A DNA stretch of 64,000 bases from Clostridiales bacterium. GTDB lineage: Bacteria > Bacillota > Clostridia > Christensenellales > Pumilibacteraceae. The stretch covers positions 6,055 through 70,054 of the forward strand of contig JAFLVC010000010.1 of the NCBI GenBank assembly GCA_022508505.1. The letters run 5' to 3'. Both the position numbers and the translations under genes were made by a program. Positions 38,546 through 47,626 of this stretch are shown here, piece after piece; position 1 is the stretch's first letter, and each line of letters starts with the position of its first letter. The notes under the pieces are model-generated. The model ran no database searches. It saw only the letters and a list, made by a program, of their open reading frames with translations, and was not told where the DNA came from.

Positions 38546-40240
38546 ATGCTGCAACGGATAACTATAAACAACTTGGCGCTTATACGCGACCTTGAAATAG
38601 AGTTTTCGTCCGAGCTCAACGTGTTGAGCGGCGAGACGGGCGCGGGCAAATCGATAATAGTCGATTCGCTCATGCTTCTCATCGGCGCGCGCTACGACAA
38701 GTCGCTTTTGAAGTACGGCGCGGACAAGGGTTACGTCGAGGGAGTTTTTTATTGCGAGGACGTCGAGCCGCTGAAAAGCTTTGGCATAGAGGACGACGAC
38801 GGGCTTATAATTGTTTCGCGTAAATTCTTTAAGGACGGCAGGAACGAGATCAGAGTCAACGGCAAGCAGGTTACAACCGCCATGCTCCGCGAACTCATGC
38901 AAAACTACGTCGACATATACGGTCAGAACGAGTATCAGTCGCTGTTGAAGATAACCGAGCAGCGCAAGATACTCGACAGCTTCGTGTTCAAAAATAACGA
39001 TGCGCCTCTAAAGCGTCAACGCGAGCTTTACGACGAATACAAAGGCGTTTGCGCGGAGATGAAATCGCTCGGGGACGAGCAGGCGCGCGCACAGAGAATA
39101 GATATTCTCAAATATCAAATAGAAGAGATCGAGACCGCAAAGGTTGAACCCGACGAGGAGCAGCGCCTTGTCGACCGTCGGCATATCCTGATGTCGGCGG
39201 AGCGCATTAAGTCGGCACTCGGCGAAAGCTTCGACAGATTAGACGGCGACAGCGGCGCAGTCGGTTCGGTTTCGGACGCGATACGGTCGCTGTCTTACGT
39301 ATGTTCGTTCGGCGAAAAGTATGAGGCACTTCACGAGAGGCTGCGCTCGGTGTCGATTGAGCTCGACGACATTGCGGAGAGCATAAAGGACGAGCTTGAC
39401 GGAATGGACGCTGGCGAGCGCGAGCTCGACGGAATCATAGATCGGCTTGATAAAATCCGCGCATTAAAGAGCAAGTACGGCGCGTACGATGCTATGCAGA
39501 AGTTTTTGAAGGATGCAAAGGCCGAGCTCGACCGTGCCGAAAACGGCGCCGAATACTACGAAAAACTGTGCAAAAAAGAAAGTAAGCTAAAAGCAGAGCT
39601 TTATAATTCGTGCGTTAAACTTTCCGAACAGCGCAAAAAGGGCGCGAAGGAGCTCGAAACTCGCATTCTTGCCGAGCTTGCCGATCTCGGAATGGCAAAG
39701 TCCAAGTTCGATGTGGTTTTCGCCGCTGCGCCGGATGCAGAGGGTTTTACGAAATCTGTGACGGCAATCGGGTTTGACGAATTCGAATTCTATCTCAGCC
39801 CCAACGCAGGTATGCCGCTCATGCCGCTTGCAAAGATTATTTCGGGCGGCGAGATGTCGAGGTTTATGCTCGCCGTCAAGCTCGTCGCGGGCAACAGTGG
39901 CAGTATCGACACAATGATATTCGACGAGATCGATACGGGTATCAGCGGCGATATAGGGCTGTCGGTCGCTAAAAAGCTGTGCGCTCTTTCGCGCGGGCGG
40001 CAGGTGCTCTGCGTGACGCACCTCGCTCAGATAGCCGCAATGGCAGATGCGCACTTCTATATCGACAAGTACGACGACGAGGCGGGGACGGTTACTCGCG
40101 TAACGCCGCTCGACGACAACGGAAAGGTCGGCGAAGTGTCGCGGCTTTCGGGCACGCGCGGCGTGTCGGGAACGTCCGATAAGAGCGCTGCCGATCTAAA
40201 AGCATGGTGCGATTCCTACAAGACAGAATTGCAAAAGTAA
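38546..40240 (+). CDS. recN: DNA repair protein RecN
   Basis: LSGETGAGKSII, ISGGEMSRFML, IFDEIDTGISG, VTHLAQIAA. Confidence 0.97.
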   Translation: MLQRITINNLALIRDLEIEFSSELNVLSGETGAGKSIIVDSLMLLIGARYDKSLLKYGADKGYVEGVFYCEDVEPLKSFGIEDDDGLIIVSRKFFKDGRNEIRVNGKQVTTAMLRELMQNYVDIYGQNEYQSLLKITEQRKILDSFVFKNNDAPLKRQRELYDEYKGVCAEMKSLGDEQARAQRIDILKYQIEEIETAKVEPDEEQRLVDRRHILMSAERIKSALGESFDRLDGDSGAVGSVSDAIRSLSYVCSFGEKYEALHERLRSVSIELDDIAESIKDELDGMDAGERELDGIIDRLDKIRALKSKYGAYDAMQKFLKDAKAELDRAENGAEYYEKLCKKESKLKAELYNSCVKLSEQRKKGAKELETRILAELADLGMAKSKFDVVFAAAPDAEGFTKSVTAIGFDEFEFYLSPNAGMPLMPLAKIISGGEMSRFMLAVKLVAGNSGSIDTMIFDEIDTGISGDIGLSVAKKLCALSRGRQVLCVTHLAQIAAMADAHFYIDKYDDEAGTVTRVTPLDDNGKVGEVSRLSGTRGVSGTSDKSAADLKAWCDSYKTELQK

Positions 40241-40303
40241 ACGATTTATTGCGGTTCGTCATTATTTCTCCGCACGGACTAATACAAAATTCGACAATTT
40301 TGA

Positions 40304-40332
40304 GTATATATTTTTACACTGCGCAAAAACTA
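40304..40332 (+). promoter_or_regulatory. sigmaF/sigmaG-like promoter of spoIVB, 7 nt before ATG; possible Spo0A box (TTCGACA, 40290-96) just upstream
   Basis: GTATA-N14-GCAAAAACTA versus sigmaF consensus GYWTA-N15-GgnrAnAnTw; no SD. Confidence 0.5.
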
Positions 40333-40339
40333 TTCGGGT

Positions 40340-41347
40340 ATGAAAAATTTGCGCGTATGTTTACTTATTGTTTTCGCCATGCTGCTGTGCGTGGCGTTTG
40401 TTCCGATTGAGTATCCTTTTCAAGTCAGGACTGCGTCTGCCGTCGCTTCGGAGCGAGTTTACATCGGCGGTTTCCCGATAGGAATTACGCTCGACGTAGG
40501 CGGACTCCTAGTCGACGGCGTTACGGGCGTCGAGACCGAGTTTGGCACGGCGCGTATCGACGGCTTCAAAAAAGGCGACATAATTAAGAAAATAAACGGG
40601 AAGGACGTGAGATCTGTGGATGACGTTCAGCTCGCGCTCGGGGAAGATGTCGCAACCGTCGAGCTAATTAGAGACGGCAAAACAATCACAATCGAAGTGC
40701 GGCCTTTGATAGAGGCGTACAGCGAGCGTCCGCGGCTCGGCATAAGGATAAAGGACAAGATATACGGCGTCGGCACTGTAACGTTTGTCAGGCAGAACGG
40801 CGAGTATGCCGCGCTCGGGCACGAGATATACGACGCCGATACGGACACGCATATTCCGTTCGACTCGGGTAAAATTTACGGCTGTAAAATTCTCGGAATC
40901 AAAAAGGGCGTAAAAGGCGAGGCGGGCGCACTTTTGGGCTCGATTGTCGAAGGGGACGAGCGCGGCACGATAAGCCGAAACGACAAGTTCGGAATTGCCG
41001 GAACGTATACAGAGAACCGCCCCGACGACGATATAGTGGAAGTCGCAGACCGCGCCGAGGTCAGACCTGGCCACGCGAAGATAAGAACGACGATTGACGA
41101 CGAACCGAGAATGTTTGATATCGAGATAATCAAAGCGTCGCGGTGGCCGGGCAGAAACGAAAAAAGCCTTGTTTTTCGCGTAACGGACAAAAAGCTCATC
41201 GGCTTGACGGGTGGAGTAGTGCGCGGCATGAGCGGATCTCCGATAATACAAAACGGCAAGCTCGTCGGCGCGGTTACTCACGTATTTATCAACGATCCGA
41301 CGCGCGGCTACGGCATTTTGATCGACAATATGTTAAATTCGGATTAA
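40340..41347 (+). CDS. spoIVB: SpoIVB serine peptidase (PDZ + S55 domain)
   Basis: GVGTVTF, ALGHEI, GGVVRGMSGSPIIQNGKLVGAVTHVFINDPTRGYG. Confidence 0.95.
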   Translation: MKNLRVCLLIVFAMLLCVAFVPIEYPFQVRTASAVASERVYIGGFPIGITLDVGGLLVDGVTGVETEFGTARIDGFKKGDIIKKINGKDVRSVDDVQLALGEDVATVELIRDGKTITIEVRPLIEAYSERPRLGIRIKDKIYGVGTVTFVRQNGEYAALGHEIYDADTDTHIPFDSGKIYGCKILGIKKGVKGEAGALLGSIVEGDERGTISRNDKFGIAGTYTENRPDDDIVEVADRAEVRPGHAKIRTTIDDEPRMFDIEIIKASRWPGRNEKSLVFRVTDKKLIGLTGGVVRGMSGSPIIQNGKLVGAVTHVFINDPTRGYGILIDNMLNSD

Positions 41348-41394
41348 TTTTATGATTAATTTAACATAAATAACCGATATTATGTGTTGAATAG

Positions 41395-41423
41395 TTTACA
41401 AATATTACACAATGTGCTATTAT
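41395..41423 (+). promoter_or_regulatory. sigmaA promoter of the fakA2-degV pair
   Basis: TTTACA-N17-TATTAT with extended TG; imperfect inverted repeat at 41359-41392 directly upstream. Confidence 0.6.
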
Positions 41424-41471
41424 ACTACGAGTAGAGTTTTGATATTTTACAATCTACGACTCGGAGAACAA

Positions 41472-43130
41472 ATGAACGACAGAAAAATAGACGGTATCAT
41501 ATTTAAGAATATGCTCGTATCGGGGCTGAAGTGCTTGAAGTTAAATGTTGAAGAAATCAACGAATTGAACGTGTTTCCCATTCCCGACGGCGATACCGGT
41601 TACAATATGTGCTCCACGCTGCACGGCGGCGTTAAAAATATCTTGAATGCGGACGACGGCGATTTGAGCAATGTCGCAAAAACCGTCCAAGACGGAGTGC
41701 TGCTCGGCGCGAGGGGCAATTCCGGCGTAATTCTGTCCCAAATGCTCTACGGCATATGCGATGAGTTTAGCGCGCACAAGAGCGTTGACGTAAGCGAACT
41801 CGGTAAGGCGTTTTCGTGCGGCGTCAAAAGTGCGTACGCTTCGGTGTCGGTACCCGTCGAAGGAACAATGCTTACGGTTCTCCGCGAGGCGACTCAGTAC
41901 GCAAACACCAACATATCTAAGAACACTACCGTTTCCGATTATTTTACGAACTTTTTGAAAGCTGGCGAAAGGTCGCTTGCAAGAACGCCCGAGCTGTTGG
42001 ACGTCTTGAAAGAGGCGGGAGTTGTCGATTCGGGCGGTGCGGGCGTGCTGTATATCGTACGCGGATTTTTGAGCGCGGTGCGCGGCGAGGACGTCGGGGA
42101 CTATTCCGAAATTACGGCGACCGCGGCGGCAACAAAGGATATAGACTTTTCGCTGTTCAACGAAAACAGCGTGATGAAGTACGGGTACTGCACGGAGTTT
42201 CTGCTGCAGCTTACGCACGCAAAGACGGATATTGCCGCTTTTTCGCTTGACAAGATGAAAAAGGAAATTTCCGTTTTCGGCGATTCGCTCGTTGCGGTCA
42301 GAACGGGTAGCGTAATAAAAATACATATCCATACGCTTACGCCCGGCGCGGTGCTCGAGTATGCGCAGGCGTTCGGCGAGTTTTTGACGCTGAAAATCGA
42401 GAACATGACGCTGCAACACAACGAAACGATAGAAAAAAAGCAGCAGTTCAAAAAGAATGCGGTACGCAAAAAATATGCGACCATTGCGGTCGCCAACGGC
42501 AAGGGCGTCATTGCCACGTTCAAGGAACTCGGCGCAGACATAGTCATCGACGGCGGGCAGGGCAACAATCCGTCTGTGGAAACCTTTTTGAACGCATTCG
42601 ACGCAGTCAATGCCGACGTTATTTTCGTTTTGCCCGACAACAACAATATTTTTATGGCGGCGCAGGAGGCGGCAAAGCTTTTTGAAGGCTCCGATGTCAG
42701 GGTTCTCAACGCAAAGAGCGCGGGCGACGGCTACTGTGCGCTTGCGGCATTGGATTATAGCTCCGACAATCCCGACGAAATAGCCGCAGCCACGCAGGAG
42801 GCGATTGACTGTGCTGTGTGTGCCTGTATTTCGCAGTCTACGCGCGACCTTAATTCCAATGGGCTCGACATCAAAGTCGGAAACTATATAGGCTTCGTCG
42901 ACAAGGATATTCTCGTCGCCGACACAGACAGGCAAGAAGCGGTCAAGCATCTACTTAAAAAGGTCAAGGCCGACGAAAAGAGCTTTATTATAGTCTTTTT
43001 CGGCAAAGGCGTGGACGAGGTCGAGCGCGAGGCAACTACTAAGTATATAAAAAATTCCTACTCGGATGCTGAATTTTACAGACTTGACGGGGAGCAGGAA
43101 ATATATAATTATATAATAATTTTGCAATAA
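41472..43130 (+). CDS. DAK2-domain fatty acid kinase subunit A paralog
   Basis: NELNVFPIPDGDTGYNM, GARGNSGVILSQ, VVDSGG, YCTEF, KIHIHT, KIENM, DGGQGNNPS; start ATG 41472 after GGAG. Confidence 0.9.
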   Translation: MNDRKIDGIIFKNMLVSGLKCLKLNVEEINELNVFPIPDGDTGYNMCSTLHGGVKNILNADDGDLSNVAKTVQDGVLLGARGNSGVILSQMLYGICDEFSAHKSVDVSELGKAFSCGVKSAYASVSVPVEGTMLTVLREATQYANTNISKNTTVSDYFTNFLKAGERSLARTPELLDVLKEAGVVDSGGAGVLYIVRGFLSAVRGEDVGDYSEITATAAATKDIDFSLFNENSVMKYGYCTEFLLQLTHAKTDIAAFSLDKMKKEISVFGDSLVAVRTGSVIKIHIHTLTPGAVLEYAQAFGEFLTLKIENMTLQHNETIEKKQQFKKNAVRKKYATIAVANGKGVIATFKELGADIVIDGGQGNNPSVETFLNAFDAVNADVIFVLPDNNNIFMAAQEAAKLFEGSDVRVLNAKSAGDGYCALAALDYSSDNPDEIAAATQEAIDCAVCACISQSTRDLNSNGLDIKVGNYIGFVDKDILVADTDRQEAVKHLLKKVKADEKSFIIVFFGKGVDEVEREATTKYIKNSYSDAEFYRLDGEQEIYNYIIILQ

Positions 43131-43140
43131 GGAGAAAAAG

Positions 43141-44031
43141 ATGAAAAAGTACATCATTATCACCGATTCGACCTCCGAGTTAGACAAGGCGACGAGGGAA
43201 GAGCTCGACATTCAGTATGTGCCCATGCACATACTTTACGAGGACAAGGATATCCCTGCCGACCTTGATTGGGGCACACTCTCTTTTAAAGAATTTTATC
43301 AAATGATGCGCGACGGCGTGTGGTTTAAGACCGCGCAGATTAACGAGCATGAGTACATTGCGGCATTTGAAAAGTATTTGGAAGAGGGCTACGACATCTT
43401 GTCGATTTCCTGCTCGACCTGGTTTACTCCGTCGTACAACAGCAGTCTTGCGGCGCGCGACGCGCTCAAGGCGAAGTACCCCGAAAGCGAAATTATCTGC
43501 ATTGACAGTAAGAATGTAGGCTGGGGAGAAGGTAACCTGTGCGTGACGGCATCAAAGCTGCGCGCCGAGGGTAAGACCATTCAAGAGGTTGCCGATTACG
43601 TTGAGGCGCACAAGCATAACTATCGCCAGTTCGCCACGGCGGAATCGCTCATGTATCTCAAACGCGCGGGCAGGGTGAGCGCGACGAGCGCCGTTTTCGG
43701 TAGTCTTTTGCACATCAAGCCTATTATCGGCTTGGTCGGAGGCGGCAATGAGGCGATTGCAAAGACTATGGGCAGAAAGAATTCGCTGATAAAAATAGTC
43801 GAAATGTACACGGAAGTGTACGAAAAAGATCCGTATGGACGCATAGTAATCGTGCACGGCGACTGCCTCGACGATGCAAACACATTAAAAGCCATGCTCT
43901 TGGAAAAGCTCCCGGGCGAGAATATTGAAATACACGATCTCGGCCCGATTGTCGGAGCTACGTCAGGCCCGGGGACATTAGCCATTTACGGCTACGGAGC
44001 CGCGGGCGCCGAATGGGCCAAGCAAGAATAA
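43141..44031 (+). CDS. DegV/FakB fatty-acid-binding protein
   Basis: IITDSTSEL, KTAQIN, ISCST..TPSY, IDSK, YLKRAGRVS, LLHIKPII, GATSGPGTL. Confidence 0.92.
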   Translation: MKKYIIITDSTSELDKATREELDIQYVPMHILYEDKDIPADLDWGTLSFKEFYQMMRDGVWFKTAQINEHEYIAAFEKYLEEGYDILSISCSTWFTPSYNSSLAARDALKAKYPESEIICIDSKNVGWGEGNLCVTASKLRAEGKTIQEVADYVEAHKHNYRQFATAESLMYLKRAGRVSATSAVFGSLLHIKPIIGLVGGGNEAIAKTMGRKNSLIKIVEMYTEVYEKDPYGRIVIVHGDCLDDANTLKAMLLEKLPGENIEIHDLGPIVGATSGPGTLAIYGYGAAGAEWAKQE

Positions 44032-44066
44032 AACACGAAACATATCGAAAATTGATGAAAATACAC

Positions 44067-44095
44067 GAATAACCGAAAAGTACGTCGCATAGATT
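44067..44095 (+). promoter_or_regulatory. sigmaE-like promoter, 6 nt before the ATG of the spoIIM-like gene (leaderless)
   Basis: GAATAAC-N14-CATAGATT, matching the sigmaE consensus. Confidence 0.65.
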
Positions 44096-44101
44096 TACGA
44101 T

Positions 44102-44722
44102 ATGCGACGTACTTTTGTTATTTCCGATTGGTTTTATAGGCTCACGCATGCCGTAAAGCGCAACCGCGCGGCGGTTGTTATTTATGCGCTCGTTTTTCTG
44201 CTGTTTTTAATAATAGGAATAGCGGTGGGAGTCAATATAGGCGACAAGACCGCATACATCATGCGGAACAGGTCGCCTGTATTCGCATATTTACGAGGAA
44301 GTTCGGGGTTTGCCGCCTTCTTTTTCCTCGAACTACTGTCGACGAGTGTGTACTGTCTGTTTGCGCTCGGCCTGTTTTTCAAACGCCCGCTGTCATTTTT
44401 GTCGATAGCGCCGTGCATGTACAAATCGTACTCGCTCGGTATGCAGGTGAGCGTAATAGTAATATTGTTTTCGGCGCCGTCGCTTCCCATGCTGTTTGTG
44501 TTTTTCGTACCGATAAGCATAATAGAGATAGCTATTTTGTGCATGCTGTCGTTTAAGTGCATAGCATTTGCGGCGCTTAACGGCAGGTGTTCGCCGTCTA
44601 AGCCGGATATTAAGGCGTACTTTTACAGCGCCACTCCGTATTTTATCGCAATAGCCGTTTGTACGTTTATCAAGGTTATGACTGTCGCTCTTTTCGGCTC
44701 GGCGCTTATCGGCGTCATTTGA
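44102..44722 (+). CDS. spoIIM: Stage II sporulation protein M-like membrane protein
   Basis: 206-aa multi-TM protein; KSYSLG...FFVP pattern resembles SpoIIM; sigmaE-like promoter; lies upstream of dacF. Confidence 0.6.
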   Translation: MRRTFVISDWFYRLTHAVKRNRAAVVIYALVFLLFLIIGIAVGVNIGDKTAYIMRNRSPVFAYLRGSSGFAAFFFLELLSTSVYCLFALGLFFKRPLSFLSIAPCMYKSYSLGMQVSVIVILFSAPSLPMLFVFFVPISIIEIAILCMLSFKCIAFAALNGRCSPSKPDIKAYFYSATPYFIAIAVCTFIKVMTVALFGSALIGVI

Positions 44723-44727
44723 TTAAT

Positions 44728-44756
44728 GAATAAATGGTAAAACATAAGACAAACTA
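44728..44756 (+). promoter_or_regulatory. sigmaF/sigmaG-like promoter of dacF
   Basis: GAATA-N17-CAAACTA; dacF is a known forespore gene in B. subtilis. Confidence 0.55.
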
Positions 44757-44776
44757 ACAGAAAAACGGAGGATAAT

Positions 44777-45949
44777 ATGAATAAGAAGATTATGATATTC
44801 GTCGCGGCGTTCCTTGCTGCTTTGATAGCGCTCGCGCCGCTCATCGGAGGACGGAGCGAGGCGGTCATAGCCCACGCCGAAAACGACTCAGTTCTTGCAA
44901 AGACGTCCAAGGCGGCGCTTTTGATGGACGCCGACACCGGCACCGTCGTTTTCGAAAAGAATGTCGACGAGCACCTGCCGATAGCGAGCATGGTAAAGAT
45001 AATGACGCTGTCGCTCGCGTTTGACGAGATAGAACGGCGCGGCATCGACTACGAAACCATGATAACGGCGTCCGAAAATGCGGCGTCCATGGGCGGCTCG
45101 CAGGCTTTTCTCGACGCGAACGCCGAGTATCGACTGGACGAGCTTTTAAAAAGCATAGTCGTAGCGTCCGCTAATGATTCTTGCGTGGCTATTGCCGAGC
45201 ATCTTTTCGGCAGCGTCGACGCGTTCGTCGCAGAGATGAACAAAAGGGCGGCCGAATGGGGCATGGAAAATACGGCGTTTGTCAACTGCACAGGGCTTCC
45301 GCAGGACGGACAATACTGCTGTGCGCGTGACGTAGCCGTCATGTTCAAAAAGCTCATAGAGCACGAGAGGTTCTTTGACTATGCTAAGGTGTGGATGTAC
45401 GACTTCGAGCACCCGAGCGGTCGCACAACGCAATTGACTAACACCAATAAACTGATACGCTTCTACGACGGTTGCGACGGCGGCAAGACTGGGTATACCG
45501 ACGCGGCGCGCTCGTGCATTACCGTCACCGCTAAGCGCGGCGACACGCGGCTTATTTGCGTCAGCATAGGTGCCGAAAACTCCAAGACGCGCAACAAGGA
45601 AGTGTCCGAAATGCTCAATTACGGCTTTGCCAATTATAAGACGGTTTTTGCCGTAAAGCGCGGCGACGAAATAGGCGAGTTCAAAGTTGAAAACGGCAAA
45701 AAACCGACGGTAAAAGTCAAGGCGGAATCTACTTCCTCGGCGTTTATCAAGATAGGCGACGCGGCGGAGCTTACAGTACAGCCTGTTATAAAGACTATTC
45801 ACGCTCCGATTAAAGCGGGAGAAAAAGTCGGCGAGCTCAAAATCATGCTAAACGGCGAAGAGTACGCGACGGTAAACGCGATAGCGGCAAGCTCGTGCGA
45901 GAAAAAGGGTTATCTCGACATTGTTGACGATTTTATAGGCGCGTGGTAG
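44777..45949 (+). CDS. dacF: D-alanyl-D-alanine carboxypeptidase (S11), DacF-like
   Basis: PIASMVKIM (SxxK), ASANDS (SxN), GGKTGYT (KTG); MGGSQAFL; C-terminal PBP5 domain. Confidence 0.88.
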   Translation: MNKKIMIFVAAFLAALIALAPLIGGRSEAVIAHAENDSVLAKTSKAALLMDADTGTVVFEKNVDEHLPIASMVKIMTLSLAFDEIERRGIDYETMITASENAASMGGSQAFLDANAEYRLDELLKSIVVASANDSCVAIAEHLFGSVDAFVAEMNKRAAEWGMENTAFVNCTGLPQDGQYCCARDVAVMFKKLIEHERFFDYAKVWMYDFEHPSGRTTQLTNTNKLIRFYDGCDGGKTGYTDAARSCITVTAKRGDTRLICVSIGAENSKTRNKEVSEMLNYGFANYKTVFAVKRGDEIGEFKVENGKKPTVKVKAESTSSAFIKIGDAAELTVQPVIKTIHAPIKAGEKVGELKIMLNGEEYATVNAIAASSCEKKGYLDIVDDFIGAW

Positions 45950-45966
45950 TTGCTTGACGAATTTTG

Positions 45967-45996
45967 TTGACCTAAGGCGAATAAGTGTGGTAGAAT
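45967..45996 (+). promoter_or_regulatory. sigmaA promoter 6 nt before the rpe ATG (leaderless)
   Basis: TTGACC-N18-TAGAAT with extended TG; no SD. Confidence 0.65.
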
Positions 45997-46002
45997 ACGA
46001 GT

Positions 46003-46656
46003 ATGAAACGCACACTTGTAGCGCCGTCTATATTGAGCGGCAACTTCGCCGACATGGGCAGTGAAGTTAAGAACATGAAAGATATCGGCGCCGACTGGAT
46101 TCACGTCGACGTCATGGACGGGGTATTCGTTCCCAATCTTACCTTCGGGTTTAAGATGATTCAGGACCTCCGGCCGCTTTCCGAGCTGTTTTTCGACGTT
46201 CACCTTATGATCGTCGAGCCGCGCCGCTACGTCGAAAGGTTTGTAAAGGCGGGAGCCGACCTCGTGTCCTTTCACGTCGAGGCAGAAAAGGAGATAGACG
46301 CCACAATCGAGGGAATCAAGGCGTGCGGGGCTAAGGCGGGGCTCGTAATAAACCCCGACACCCCGACGGACAAGTTCGCGCCGTATATAGACAAGCTTGA
46401 CCTCGTGCTCGTGATGTCTGTGTTTCCCGGATTCGGCGGGCAGAAGTTTATTGACGGATCGCTCGAGCGGATTGCAAAGGTAAAGGAAATGCGAGACAGG
46501 CTTGCGCCGTCATGCCTTATCGAGGTGGACGGCGGCGTAACTACCGCTAACGCCGAAAGCATAGCAAAAGCTGGCGCCGACGTCATTGTCGCCGGCAATG
46601 CGGTGTTCGGCGCGACGGACAGGAAGCGGGCAGTAGAAGCTATTCGCGGAAAATAA
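46003..46656 (+). CDS. rpe: Ribulose-phosphate 3-epimerase
   Basis: VAPSILS, HVDVMDGVFVPN, DVHLMI, MSVFPGFGGQKF, IEVDGG. Confidence 0.98.
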   Translation: MKRTLVAPSILSGNFADMGSEVKNMKDIGADWIHVDVMDGVFVPNLTFGFKMIQDLRPLSELFFDVHLMIVEPRRYVERFVKAGADLVSFHVEAEKEIDATIEGIKACGAKAGLVINPDTPTDKFAPYIDKLDLVLVMSVFPGFGGQKFIDGSLERIAKVKEMRDRLAPSCLIEVDGGVTTANAESIAKAGADVIVAGNAVFGATDRKRAVEAIRGK

Positions 46657-46706
46657 TAGTGTCGCATGTAGCTGCCTCCGCATATATAGGTAAAAGGGAG
46701 GTGGGT

Positions 46707-46778
46707 ATGTCGAAAATCATCTGTATAAAACTGCCCAAGTTTTTGGGGCGAATAGTACGAATCTTCAAGAGGTCTTAA
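46707..46778 (+). CDS. spoVM: Stage V sporulation protein M (23 aa, MSKIICIKLPKFLGRIVRIFKRS); not in the ORF track
   Basis: GGGAGGT SD; IKLPKFLG.IVR matches B. subtilis SpoVM (MKFYTIKLPKFLGGIVRAML...); syntenic between rpe and rpmB. Confidence 0.92.
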   Translation: MSKIICIKLPKFLGRIVRIFKRS

Positions 46779-46807
46779 AACCACAATCCCGATCTTTATG
46801 ACAAAAA

Positions 46808-46836
46808 TAAATCCGAAGCTACGTGCTTCGGATTTT
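46808..46836. terminator. Bidirectional terminator between spoVM and rpmB
   Basis: AAATCCGAAGC-tacgt-GCTTCGGATTT, A-run left and T-run right. Confidence 0.85.
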
Positions 46837-46870
46837 GTTTTGATGTAATTAATGGTGGGCGAAAACGGAC

Positions 46871-47062
46871 TTACGCGTTCTCTTGCTTTTTAGCGGTGCG
46901 CAAGCAACGGGTGCAGACGTACTCGTGCGAAATCTTGCCGTCTACTTCCGTAGTGACCTTATGAACGTTGGCGTTGAAGCTGCGCTTTGTCTTTTTGTGC
47001 GAGTGGCTTACGTTGTTGCCGGCAACTCTGCCTTTGCCGCAGACCGAACATACCTTGCTCAT
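46871..47062 (-). CDS. rpmB: 50S ribosomal protein L28
   Basis: MSKVCSVCGKGRVAGNNVSHSHKKTKRSFNAN...VCTRCLR; GGAGG upstream. Confidence 0.97.
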   Translation of the reverse strand: MSKVCSVCGKGRVAGNNVSHSHKKTKRSFNANVHKVTTEVDGKISHEYVCTRCLRTAKKQENA

Positions 47063-47182
47063 TTATATACCCTCCTGAACGATAACACTGTTATTTCTGT
47101 ACCAATATACCACTTTTGAGCCGTTTTAGCAACCGAAAAAGGGTACTTTTTGGTAAAAATTCAAAAAATTTATTCAAATCTC

Positions 47183-47211
47183 TTGCAAAATTATACCGAA
47201 TAGGTTAAAAT
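47183..47211 (+). promoter_or_regulatory. sigmaA promoter of asp23-fakA-recG
   Basis: TTGCAA-N17-TAAAAT. Confidence 0.6.
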
Positions 47212-47250
47212 ACAGGTATCGGATACATATAATTTGTTTTGAAGTGAGAC

Positions 47251-47607
47251 GTGATTTTGAGTGTTCATACATCAAACGCCTACGGCAGAATAACGGTTAC
47301 GGAAGACTCGATTGCTCAAGTCGCCGCCGACGTCGCATTGGAATGTTACGGCGTTGTTGACCTTGTATCCAAAACCTTTTCCGACAACCTGTCGGACTTG
47401 TTCAGACGCAAACGTCTGTCGCGCGGTGTCAACGTTTACACCAACGGCGATAGAATTTTTATAGACCTCTACGTTATATTCAAGTACGGCCTTTCTATCG
47501 AGGCTGTCGCACAGTCGCTCAAAAAAGCGGTCAAGTACCGCGTGGAGCGATTTGCCGGCATGCTCGTCGATACGATAAACGTTCACGTAGTAGGAATCAA
47601 AGTGTAA
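47251..47607 (+). CDS. Asp23/Gls24 family protein (YloU-like)
   Basis: YGRITVTEDSIAQVA...ECYGVV, IDLYVIFKYG, VKYRVE. Confidence 0.92.
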   Translation: MILSVHTSNAYGRITVTEDSIAQVAADVALECYGVVDLVSKTFSDNLSDLFRRKRLSRGVNVYTNGDRIFIDLYVIFKYGLSIEAVAQSLKKAVKYRVERFAGMLVDTINVHVVGIKV

Positions 47608-47626
47608 GGCATTTTCGGAGGAAGAA

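Noticed and set aside
41359-41392. dif-like site (ATTTAACATAA equals the E. coli XerD arm)
   Set aside because: The spacer to the second arm is 10 nt instead of 6, the second arm is not XerC-like, and it does not match the Firmicute dif consensus
41541-42950. 469-aa antisense ORF, and similar long antisense ORFs at 12125-13306, 17323-18456, 19165-20409, 29130-30449, 50086-51465 and 57442-58659
   Set aside because: Shadow frames of well-conserved + strand genes; no recognisable motifs or SD; expected from the codon bias
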